Below, piece after piece: positions 28,240 through 36,690 of a stretch of DNA of 64,000 nt. The stretch is from an uncultured Fibrobacterota bacterium. GTDB taxonomy: Bacteria; Fibrobacterota; Chitinivibrionia; Chitinivibrionales; FEN-1185. How positions within the stretch are numbered: position 1 is the stretch's first letter; every line of letters begins with the position of its first letter. The notes beneath the pieces were generated by a model. That model ran no database searches, was not told the origin of the DNA, and was given only the letters and a program-made list of their open reading frames with translations. The position numbers and the translations under genes were made by a program. The stretch spans positions 1 to 64,000 of the forward strand of contig CAVSQB010000028.1 of assembly GCA_963729895.1 (NCBI GenBank), given 5' to 3'.

Positions 28240-30459
28240 ATGGATACCCCGCCTTCATTGCTCCCTCCGGCCGTCTCGGACATCGACGAGTCCGCCGCAG
28301 CCTTTATCAAACAGATCGCCGAGCTAAACCCGAGAGTCAGTACGGCCGTTATCGAAAAGGCTTACCGATTTTCGTGGAACGCGCACCGCGACCAGCTGAG
28401 AAAGTCGGGCGAGCCGTTTCTCGCGCACCCCGTGGCGGTGGCAATCATCCTTGCCGAGCAGAAGCTCGATTCGCTGACCATTGCCGCAGGCTTGTTGCAC
28501 GACGTTCTCGAAGACACCCCCATTACCCGCGAGAAGATCGGCGAGGAGTTCGGCGAGGAGATACTGCTGCTCGTTGAAGGCGTGACAAAGATCCAGCGCT
28601 TCCAGATGAAATCGCGCGAGGAACGACAGGCCGAGACCTACCGCAAGATGCTGCTTTCCATGGCCGAAGACATCAGGGTCATCATCATCAAGTTCGCCGA
28701 CCGCTTGCACAATCTTCGTACCCTCAAGTACCTTGAGCCGGCCAAAATACGCCAGATCGCGGCTGAAACGCTGGACATATACGCACCGCTCGCGCACCGC
28801 CTTGGAATGGCGAAAATAAAATGGGAGCTCGAAGACCTCGCGTTCAAGTTTCTGTATCCCGCAGAACACAAGGAGATCGTGGGCAAGATCGTTGCTTCGC
28901 GCGAGGATCGCGAGGTGCTTATCGAGACGTTCGCCGAGCCGCTTCGGCACCGGCTCAAAGAGGAGCAGATCGGGGCGACGGTCATCGGAAGGCCCAAGCA
29001 TTTCTACAGCATTTACCGCAAGATGATCCAGCGCAACAAGCCTTTTGAGGAAGTATACGACCTCCTTGCGATCCGCGTCATCACCCCGTCGGTGAGGGAT
29101 TGCTACCATGCGCTCGGCGTGGTCCATTCGATGTGGAAGCCGATCCAGGAGCGGTTCAAGGATTACATCAGCACGCCCAAGTCGAACGGGTACCAGTCGC
29201 TCCACACAACCGTATTCGGCGAGAAGGGGAATATTATTGAGGTGCAGATCCGCACCTGGGAGATGAACCAGGTGGCCGAGGAAGGCATTGCCGCGCATTG
29301 GCTTTACAAAGAAGATGGCGGCCAGGCCGGCGTCTCGCGCGACGACCGCTCGTTGTCGTGGCTGCGCAACATCATCGACTGGCAAAAAGACCTTACCGAT
29401 TCCACCGAATTCTACGAATTTTTCAAAATCGACCTGTTTCACGCGGAGATTTTCGTTTTCACGCCGAAGGGCGATCTCATCTCGCTGCCGAAAGGCGCCA
29501 CCGTGCTCGATTTCGCGTTCGCGGTCCACACCGACCTCGGCATACACTGCATCGGCGCAAAGGTTGACGGAAAGATAGAACCCATCAGCAAGGTGCTCAA
29601 GAGCGGCATGACCGTACAGATCCTGCGGTCGAGCACCAAGAAGCCGTCGGTGGACTGGCTGCGCGAGGTGAAGACTGCAAAGGCGCGCTCCAAGATACGG
29701 CGCTGGCTCAAGACCGCCGGCCGCCAGGAAAGCATCGAACTGGGCAAGCGCATTATCGGCACGCACCTCAAGAAGCTGCGCCGCACCGGCGAGTTCATCG
29801 AGCAGGCGCCGTCGATCCTCACGTCGCTGGGTATCAAGACGCTTGACCGACTGTACGAAATGACGGGCTCGGGCGACCTTCCCGTGGCGCGCGTCATGGA
29901 ATTCGTCCGGAACAGGAACATGCGCCGGTTCGGGCCGTCGGCCGTTGTCTCGCGCCTTGTGCGAACATTCCGCGGCGGTACTAGAAGCAGGGGCGTGCTC
30001 GTCGGCGGAACCGACAATCTCATGGTGCGCTTTGCCAAGTGCTGCAATCCCATTCCGGGCGACCAGATCGCCGGCTTTGTCACCCGTGGACGGGGAATCT
30101 CGATCCACCGCACCGACTGCCCCAACTCGCCCTTGTTTATGGAAGACGAGGAACGAAGAATTCAGGTGAGCTGGGAAGAAAGTGAAGCGAAAAAGTACAC
30201 GGTGTCGCTGCACGTCACGGGAGGCGACAGGCCCGGTCTCCTGCACGAGATCGCCGAGGTTTTCTCGACCCTCGGGGTCAATGTCGTGGAGGGGAAAATC
30301 CGGGCCAGAGGCCAGCAGGCCACCGCATCTTTTACCATAGAGATACAGCACAAGAACCAGCTCAAACAGATCTTCAGGAGGATCCAGAAGATAAAGGGAA
30401 TCGACAACATCGCAAGGACAAAAGAACTGGCGGATTTTTCCGAGGCCGAGGACGTGTAA
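28240..30459 (+). CDS. spoT: Bifunctional (p)ppGpp synthetase/hydrolase (long RSH: HD-SYNTH-TGS-ZFD-ACT)
   Basis: RKSGEPF..HP, LLHDVLED, ADRLHN, GRPKH.YSI, KDYI..PK.NGYQSLHT, DFAFAVHT, AKCCNPIPGD, DRPGLL. Confidence 0.93.
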   Translation: MDTPPSLLPPAVSDIDESAAAFIKQIAELNPRVSTAVIEKAYRFSWNAHRDQLRKSGEPFLAHPVAVAIILAEQKLDSLTIAAGLLHDVLEDTPITREKIGEEFGEEILLLVEGVTKIQRFQMKSREERQAETYRKMLLSMAEDIRVIIIKFADRLHNLRTLKYLEPAKIRQIAAETLDIYAPLAHRLGMAKIKWELEDLAFKFLYPAEHKEIVGKIVASREDREVLIETFAEPLRHRLKEEQIGATVIGRPKHFYSIYRKMIQRNKPFEEVYDLLAIRVITPSVRDCYHALGVVHSMWKPIQERFKDYISTPKSNGYQSLHTTVFGEKGNIIEVQIRTWEMNQVAEEGIAAHWLYKEDGGQAGVSRDDRSLSWLRNIIDWQKDLTDSTEFYEFFKIDLFHAEIFVFTPKGDLISLPKGATVLDFAFAVHTDLGIHCIGAKVDGKIEPISKVLKSGMTVQILRSSTKKPSVDWLREVKTAKARSKIRRWLKTAGRQESIELGKRIIGTHLKKLRRTGEFIEQAPSILTSLGIKTLDRLYEMTGSGDLPVARVMEFVRNRNMRRFGPSAVVSRLVRTFRGGTRSRGVLVGGTDNLMVRFAKCCNPIPGDQIAGFVTRGRGISIHRTDCPNSPLFMEDEERRIQVSWEESEAKKYTVSLHVTGGDRPGLLHEIAEVFSTLGVNVVEGKIRARGQQATASFTIEIQHKNQLKQIFRRIQKIKGIDNIARTKELADFSEAEDV

Positions 30460-30557
30460 CAAGTGTCAAGCTTTTGCCGGTGTGAGTTGGGCACCCCGCC
30501 GCCTATTATAGGTCTTTCAACTCGTCAATCCATTGACCCATTTACTATTTTATCTTC

Positions 30558-31022
30558 ATGCTGTTTCTCACCGTTGTCATAATGTCCACAGGATTCCTCG
30601 CAGGAGCCGCAGTCGGCGCCGGATCGCTGGTTCTTTTCTCCGCCCTAAGGCGAAAGCCCATGGAGGAGCAGAAGTATAAGACCACCTTTGCGTTTCAGGG
30701 AAACCTGCGGCAAACCCATCTGCTTGACGCGATACAGTTTCTCGAGATCGGCCGCCGGGAGGGTATCCTGCACGTCTACTGCGGCCGCAGGAAAGGCTAC
30801 CTCATCTTTGTGAAAGGCCAGGTGGGCGACGCCTTTTACCGGAATTTTACAAAGCGCGAGGCCGTGTTTGCCATGCTCGACCTTGAGGACGGGGATTTCT
30901 ACTTTGAGCCCAAGACCATTTCCCAGCCCCGTCTCATTTCCGATACCATCATCGACATCGCCTTTGAATGGGACGCGCGAAAAGCCAATAAACCCGGAAC
31001 AAGTCCGTCCGCCGGGGCGTAA
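30558..31022 (+). CDS. DUF4388 (PATAN-like) domain protein with N-terminal TM
   Basis: FQGNL....L.D.IQFL..GRREG.L...G...F.KGQV.DA...EAVF.ML....GDF.F pattern. Confidence 0.75.
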   Translation: MLFLTVVIMSTGFLAGAAVGAGSLVLFSALRRKPMEEQKYKTTFAFQGNLRQTHLLDAIQFLEIGRREGILHVYCGRRKGYLIFVKGQVGDAFYRNFTKREAVFAMLDLEDGDFYFEPKTISQPRLISDTIIDIAFEWDARKANKPGTSPSAGA

Positions 31023-31063
31023 CAAGAACGGTACTTCGTACGGGTCGACAGAGAGGGAAGGCC

Positions 31064-32014
31064 ATGAAGAAGGACCTGAAGATTTTTACCGGCAGTTCGA
31101 ACCCTGAACTGGCCAAAAAGATCTGTGCGCATGCGGGGATCAAGCTCGGCAAATGCGAAACCGTGAAGTTTTCAAACGAGAACCTCAAAGTGAGGATCCT
31201 GGAGAGCGTTCGCGGCAAAGACGTGTACGTGGTGCAGTCGTCGTGCCCGCCTGTCAACGAGAATATCATGGAACTGCTTATAATGATAGATGCGATAAAG
31301 CACGCCAAGGCGGACAGCATCACCGCGGTGTTGCCGTATTATCCGTATGCCCGCTCCGACAAAAAGGACGAGCCGCGGATTTCCATCACCGCGCGGCTGG
31401 TTGCCGACCTCCTGGAAACCTCGGGTGCGGACCGCGTAATGACCATGAACCTGCATTCGCCCCAGATCGCCGGCTTTTTCCGTATTCCGGTGGACCACCT
31501 GCTCGCCGGAAAACTCATTTGCAAGTACTACAAGGAAAAAGCCGGGATCGAAAACTGCGTGGTTGTGGCGCCTGACGCGGGCAGCGCAAAGCGCGCCGGC
31601 ATCTATGCCATCAGTCTGGGACTGCCTCTTGCCATTTTGGACAAACGCCGCAACGACGATTCCGAAAACGCAAAGATCCACCACGTTATCGGCGACGTGA
31701 AGGGCAAGCGCGCCCTCATCTTCGACGACGAAATCGCGACCGGCGGCTCCATCCTCGAAGTGGTGAAGGCGCTCGAGTCGCTCGGCGTAAAGGAAATCGA
31801 GGCGTGTTGCGTGCACGCGGTGCTGTCCGACAAGGCAGTGGAACGTCTCGGCAATTCCAGTCTTTCGCGGCTCGTGGTTACCGACACCGTAACCATCCCG
31901 CCGGAGAAGAGAATTCGCAAGATGGTGATTTTGTCCGTTGCGCCGCTTTTTGCAAAAGCGATTGCATTCAGCAACCGCGGGAGCTCTATAAGCGGGCTGT
32001 TCGGGAAAATTTGA
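31064..32014 (+). CDS. prs: Ribose-phosphate pyrophosphokinase
   Basis: VRGKDVYVVQS, PYYPYARSDKK, LHSPQI.GFF, VAPDAG, DDEIATGGS. Confidence 0.96.
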   Translation: MKKDLKIFTGSSNPELAKKICAHAGIKLGKCETVKFSNENLKVRILESVRGKDVYVVQSSCPPVNENIMELLIMIDAIKHAKADSITAVLPYYPYARSDKKDEPRISITARLVADLLETSGADRVMTMNLHSPQIAGFFRIPVDHLLAGKLICKYYKEKAGIENCVVVAPDAGSAKRAGIYAISLGLPLAILDKRRNDDSENAKIHHVIGDVKGKRALIFDDEIATGGSILEVVKALESLGVKEIEACCVHAVLSDKAVERLGNSSLSRLVVTDTVTIPPEKRIRKMVILSVAPLFAKAIAFSNRGSSISGLFGKI

Positions 32015-32300
32015 GAAGAGTCATAGGGTGAAAGAGTGCCTGAAACCGCCCTCATATGGTCGGGTGTCAGCGGGAATCGTACCTCGGCCTTTGAACGCGC
32101 TTTCAAGCACGACGGTGTTGCTGGCCGTCTCTAAACTTGGTGTGGCCGACAAGAGGCTGGGATTTTCCCAAATGCCAAAATTATAGTGACTCTTTGTTAA
32201 AAATTTGTTATATTAACATGGAAATTGCGACAATGCCAGATCGGGTGAATCAGGAAATACGCACACAGGAAACCAAACCTAATAATTGAAGGAGGACGTA

Positions 32301-33470
32301 ATGAACAAGTTGATTTTGTTGGTGTTATCTGTGGTTTTGATTTCCGCAACAGGCGCTCTGGCCTTGCCGAAAGTAGTAACAGATTCAGGCTGGGGACTTG
32401 TCTGGTCCGACGAGTTCAACGGAACCGCTCTGGATACGACTGCCTGGAATTATGATACCGGCGCGGGCCAGCCGAACGCCGAACAGGAATTCTACTCCGC
32501 AGGTTGCGTAACGGTTTCAGACGGCGCGTTGCACATTTGGTCCAAGTACAATCCGAATGGCGTGCTCAACGCTACCGATCCCGCAAAAGCAAAGTACCTG
32601 TCCGGACGAATAAACACCGGTGACAAGAAGATTTTCAAGTACGGCTATTTTGAAGCCGCCATCCAAGGTCCTACGGGAACAGGAGGCAAGAATGGGCCGG
32701 GTCTGTGGTCCGCTGTCTGGGGACTGGGAAACAGCATCAATCACGGCGTTGCATGGCCCACGTGCGGCGAGATGGAACTCTACGAGCAAAGAACCTGCGC
32801 CTGTGTCGTGGGCGCGAACGCGGCGCAGCCGGTACCGGCCATAGCCGGCGATGATGAATTCATCTCCTGCTGTCACTACGGAGTCAACGGTGGCGCGAGC
32901 TATCACAGCTGCCAGCACAACTATCCAAAGTGCCTGTGCGATCGTTTCCACACCTACGGTATTTTCTGGGATTCAACGGACGTGCATTATTACTTCGATG
33001 ACACATTATTCTGGGGCCCGAATATCCCATCCGCCCAATTTACTGCCCCCGATATTAACCAGGCTGCGAATGAAGCGGCGTTTCATAACCCGTTCTTCTG
33101 GATCATAAACGTCGCGGTAGGCGGCGCATATCAGGGACAGAATATCGATAACACAATCTTCCCGACGCATATGGACCTCGATTACGTCAGGGTGTACCAG
33201 GCGGGTGGCACCAAGGTTGCCAACAGCGATTTCAGCTATCATGCACCGAGAGCGTCTGCGCTCGTTCTTGTGAATCCATCAACGGCTCAGCTCAAGGTAT
33301 ACGACTTGAGGGGCCAACTGGTTGCCGATTATTCCAATAAAGTGAGGCAGATGAAGGCGGGCGACAACGTGATGAAGACGATAAGTGCAATGCTGTCCAG
33401 GGGCGCGTATGTGGTGCGGTTGGTCGATAACGGCAAATCGTTTTCACAAAACCTTGTGTCGATGAAATAG
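32301..33470 (+). CDS. Secreted GH16-family glycoside hydrolase with T9SS-like C-terminal domain (paralog 1)
   Basis: AAGGAGG RBS, signal peptide, LVWSDEFNG, Y.SGRINT, KYGYFEA, WPTCGEMELYE, FHTYG..W, NVAVGG, DYVRVYQ. Tail VYDLRGQLV...GAYVVRL. Confidence 0.88.
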   Translation: MNKLILLVLSVVLISATGALALPKVVTDSGWGLVWSDEFNGTALDTTAWNYDTGAGQPNAEQEFYSAGCVTVSDGALHIWSKYNPNGVLNATDPAKAKYLSGRINTGDKKIFKYGYFEAAIQGPTGTGGKNGPGLWSAVWGLGNSINHGVAWPTCGEMELYEQRTCACVVGANAAQPVPAIAGDDEFISCCHYGVNGGASYHSCQHNYPKCLCDRFHTYGIFWDSTDVHYYFDDTLFWGPNIPSAQFTAPDINQAANEAAFHNPFFWIINVAVGGAYQGQNIDNTIFPTHMDLDYVRVYQAGGTKVANSDFSYHAPRASALVLVNPSTAQLKVYDLRGQLVADYSNKVRQMKAGDNVMKTISAMLSRGAYVVRLVDNGKSFSQNLVSMK

Positions 33471-33497
33471 CCGCTTTTCACTCGATGTTTTGAAAAC

Positions 33498-33533
33498 ACC
33501 CTCCGTCCGGAAATGGCCGGGGGGTATTTTTTT
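33498..33533 (+). terminator. Rho-independent terminator after GH16 paralog 1
   Basis: Imperfect GC stem ACCCTCCGTCC/GGCCGGGGGGT followed by a T7 run. Confidence 0.65.
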
Positions 33534-33850
33534 ATCCGGGTTCTCTTGTTTGACGGGCAGATAACCTCATAGCAACCCATTAGCTGCGAAGAAGGCCAGC
33601 GGAAGGCCCTTCCCTGATTTGGGCCGCATGCCCACTGCTGGCTCGCCTTCTTATTGTCATCCGAAAAATGCAAAGATACTAGGCCGCTGTTAACACTCCG
33701 GAAAAAAATCACCTACAAAGCGTGAACGCGCTTTATATTGTTATGTCCTTACGTGGTTCAGGCACACCTGGAAAAGCGGATGGCGTTAGTGCCATCGAGG
33801 TCCGGCTGAGTCTGAAGGGGCTTGTAACAACTACAAAAAAGGAGGACTGG

Positions 33851-35005
33851 GTGAAAAGGTCAATTGCGTTGGCTATGGGGGCGCTTTTCGTCTTTGCAGC
33901 CCGTATTTATGCCTTGCCGCCAGCGGTGGCATCAGGGTACGGCCTTGTGTGGTCCGACGAGTTCAATGGCACCTCCCTGGATACAACTGCTTGGAGTTAT
34001 GATACCGGAGCCAACCAGCCGAACGCCGAACAAGAATTCTACTCCCAGGGTTGCGTTACGGTTTCAGACGGCGCCTTGCACATTTGGTCCAAGTACAATC
34101 CGAATGGCGTGAACAATGCTGCCTCTCCCGCAAATGCAAAGTACTTATCCGGCCGCATAAATACCGGTGACAAGAAGATCTTCACGTACGGCTATTTCGA
34201 AGCGGCCATCCAAGGTCCGGTGGGAACAGGAGGCAAGAATGGGCCGGCTCTGTGGGCCGCTGTCTGGCTTCTGGGCAACAGCATCAATCACGGCGTTGCT
34301 TGGCCTACGTGCGGCGAGATGGAACTCTACGAACAAAGAACCGGTCCTCAAAATGAAGGCGGTAGTTGTTATCCTGCAGCTCCAGGAGACAATCTCTTTA
34401 TTGGGACCTGTCACTACGGAAACGGAGGCGGAGGCGCTATCTATAACAGCTGCGCGCATGATTATGGGTCGTGCCTATGCACCGCCTTTCACAAATATGG
34501 TATTCTTTGGAATACAGATTCCGTACAGTATTATTTCGATGACAATCTGTACTGGGGCCCGAATTTCCCAACTGGTTGCGGCGCTCCAAGCATTACTCAG
34601 ACAGTGAATCAAGTGGCATTTTCTTCGCCGTTCTACTGGATCATAAATGTCGCGGTAGGCGGCAATTACCAGGGGCAGATCATCGACAATTCAATCTTTC
34701 CGACGCATATGGACCTTGATTATGTCAGGGTGTACCAGAAGGGCGCCCCCAACGCTGTTGTCAACGGGTATGTCAGGAAGTTGACACTGCAGGCGTATGC
34801 ACTCGTAAACCCGTTGACAGCCCAGCTCAAGGTATATGACCTGAGGGGAAAACTGGTTGACGATTATACGAATAAAGTGAGGCAGATGAGGGCGGGCGAC
34901 AATGTGATGAAGACGCTTCCTGCCATACTGTCCAGGGGGGCATATGTGGTGCAGTTGGTCGATAACGGCAAATCGTTTTCACAAAACCTTGTGTCGATGA
35001 AATAG
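33851..35005 (+). CDS. Secreted GH16-family glycoside hydrolase with T9SS-like C-terminal domain (paralog 2)
   Basis: GTG start after AAGGAGG. Same motifs as paralog 1 with long near-identical DNA stretches. Confidence 0.88.
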   Translation: MKRSIALAMGALFVFAARIYALPPAVASGYGLVWSDEFNGTSLDTTAWSYDTGANQPNAEQEFYSQGCVTVSDGALHIWSKYNPNGVNNAASPANAKYLSGRINTGDKKIFTYGYFEAAIQGPVGTGGKNGPALWAAVWLLGNSINHGVAWPTCGEMELYEQRTGPQNEGGSCYPAAPGDNLFIGTCHYGNGGGGAIYNSCAHDYGSCLCTAFHKYGILWNTDSVQYYFDDNLYWGPNFPTGCGAPSITQTVNQVAFSSPFYWIINVAVGGNYQGQIIDNSIFPTHMDLDYVRVYQKGAPNAVVNGYVRKLTLQAYALVNPLTAQLKVYDLRGKLVDDYTNKVRQMRAGDNVMKTLPAILSRGAYVVQLVDNGKSFSQNLVSMK

Positions 35006-35030
35006 CCGCTTACCAGTAATTGTTTTTTTG

Positions 35031-35071
35031 GATGCCCTCCGATCATTTCTGATCGGAGGGCATCTTCTTTT
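35031..35071 (+). terminator. Rho-independent terminator
   Basis: Perfect 15-bp stem GATGCCCTCCGATCA-TTTC-TGATCGGAGGGCATC then TTCTTTT, between convergent genes. Confidence 0.85.
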
Positions 35072-35097
35072 CCGGTTTCTCCGCATTTCAGAAATTG

Positions 35098-36690
35098 CTA
35101 TCGCTGCTGTTCCCCGGGCAGGTTGTTCTCAGCCTTTCTTGTGCCGGCGTTTTTATTTTCACCGGCATTTTGGGAAAGGATAGCTTTGATGATTTCGTTC
35201 CTGTCGTACTTGACAGGTTCGGTCAGCAGAGAAGCCGTGGTATAAAGCCTCAGATCCGTTTCATCCTTCATTGGATCTTCTTGAGGAAGTTCCACGGCGC
35301 GCCGGCTCCGGCCGTTTTCATCCACATACGCACAATAGAGCCGTGTATACAAAATATCCCGGCGCTTGGAACCAAATAAAATCCAGCGGTCGTTACTGGA
35401 CCAGCGGACCATTGATTCGCTTTGGGGGCTGTTGCAGGCCATCGCCTTGTAGGTCCGGGTTTGCATATCCATGAGGTATATGTCGCTCTCCGGATTGTTG
35501 ATCGGGAACATGCCGTAATCTGCAAGAAGAAAAGCAACGAACCTGCCGTTAAAAGAAACGCTTGGTTGCATACAGCTCTTCCCGGCATCCTGTGCACTGA
35601 GGATTGTTTCAGGCTCCCCAAATGTATTGGTTGCCGGGTCAAATGAAGCCCGCATGAGGTCGTATTTGACATCTTTATAGTTTTTTGGCAGGACTTTTTC
35701 TTCGTTCGGTTTCGGCATGGGCCAGGTTACCTTGCATCGTGAGAAATAGAGATATTTTCCATCGCCGGACCAGCTTGGCCATGTTTCGTTGTATTCGGGG
35801 GTGGACAATCCGGGAATGAACTTGATCTCGCCGGTTTCGATGTCGTACAGGCCGAGGTCGGCGGAATATTCAAATTGCAATCTGTCATTGATGCTGCCGC
35901 CACCTATGAAAGAAAAGAAGCCCATCTTGACAGCGGCAAATGCCATTACCTTTCCGTTGGGATGAATGCTGGTAAGAGAGATGAGCCCGCGCGGGGTAAG
36001 GGAATGGGTTTCGAATCGCACGGTTCCATTGTGCACGATAACCATGGCAGGACCCATATCGTGAGGACGCCGCACGTGAAAAAGCATGGTGCCGGTCTGG
36101 TTTGCGGAAGAAATATGGCAATTGATGCAGGCATTTCCGACATCGCGCCTGTGGAGCAAAACGCGCTCCTCAAAAGTCTCGATGTTTCTTTGGTACAGGC
36201 CCATTTCCGGGTTGGGGTTATAGAACATCGTCGGCAGTTTTCGATAGGTGAGGTATGGGTCGATCTTTTCGCTGGCAATGAGATTCGTTATGGTTGCGAA
36301 CCGGCTCCATTGTTTCCCGCGCTTGACGCAGATGTCCATCTGATACGACCGGCCTTTGTTGGCGAAAAGCAGTTTCTTCCATTTGTACATGGGAATCTTG
36401 ATGACGCGATCTTTAGAAACAATTTCTACGCACTGCCCGGCTTCGCCGGTGAGCCGGACGTAATAGGCATCCCCCTTCTCTTCAACAATAAAATTAAGCG
36501 GGGCGATATTAGGAGGCACCGTTACATCTACATAATCCGGTTTGATCGACGGAGATCGGGCAATAGAAGCGCACGAAAGCATATCGGGTTTCTTGACAGC
36601 AGCAAACAAGGAATAGAGAAGTCCGCTTGCAGCCGCAATGGCAATGCAGGAAATCAGGAAATACTTCAAGCCCGATTTTGTCTTTTTCAC
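35098..36690 (-). CDS. TolB-like/PD40 beta-propeller protein with CxxCH motif
   Basis: I.PDY.DVTVPPNIAPLNF, IDPYLTYR, YQRNIETFEE, CINCH, ET.P.WS.DGKYLYF, WSSN.RW..F.SKR.D.LYTRLY. This family is usually paired with DUF6057. Confidence 0.75.
   Translation of the reverse strand: MKKTKSGLKYFLISCIAIAAASGLLYSLFAAVKKPDMLSCASIARSPSIKPDYVDVTVPPNIAPLNFIVEEKGDAYYVRLTGEAGQCVEIVSKDRVIKIPMYKWKKLLFANKGRSYQMDICVKRGKQWSRFATITNLIASEKIDPYLTYRKLPTMFYNPNPEMGLYQRNIETFEERVLLHRRDVGNACINCHISSANQTGTMLFHVRRPHDMGPAMVIVHNGTVRFETHSLTPRGLISLTSIHPNGKVMAFAAVKMGFFSFIGGGSINDRLQFEYSADLGLYDIETGEIKFIPGLSTPEYNETWPSWSGDGKYLYFSRCKVTWPMPKPNEEKVLPKNYKDVKYDLMRASFDPATNTFGEPETILSAQDAGKSCMQPSVSFNGRFVAFLLADYGMFPINNPESDIYLMDMQTRTYKAMACNSPQSESMVRWSSNDRWILFGSKRRDILYTRLYCAYVDENGRSRRAVELPQEDPMKDETDLRLYTTASLLTEPVKYDRNEIIKAILSQNAGENKNAGTRKAENNLPGEQQR

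Noticed and set aside
28324..30462. 712-aa antisense ORF over the RSH gene
   Set aside because: Exact shadow of a conserved high-GC gene with no recognisable motifs; typical codon-bias artefact.
33757..33816. Nested stems (TTCAGGC/GTCTGAA, GATGGC/GCCATC) in the leader of GH16 paralog 2
   Set aside because: No c-di-GMP or other riboswitch consensus matched; short stems are expected by chance.
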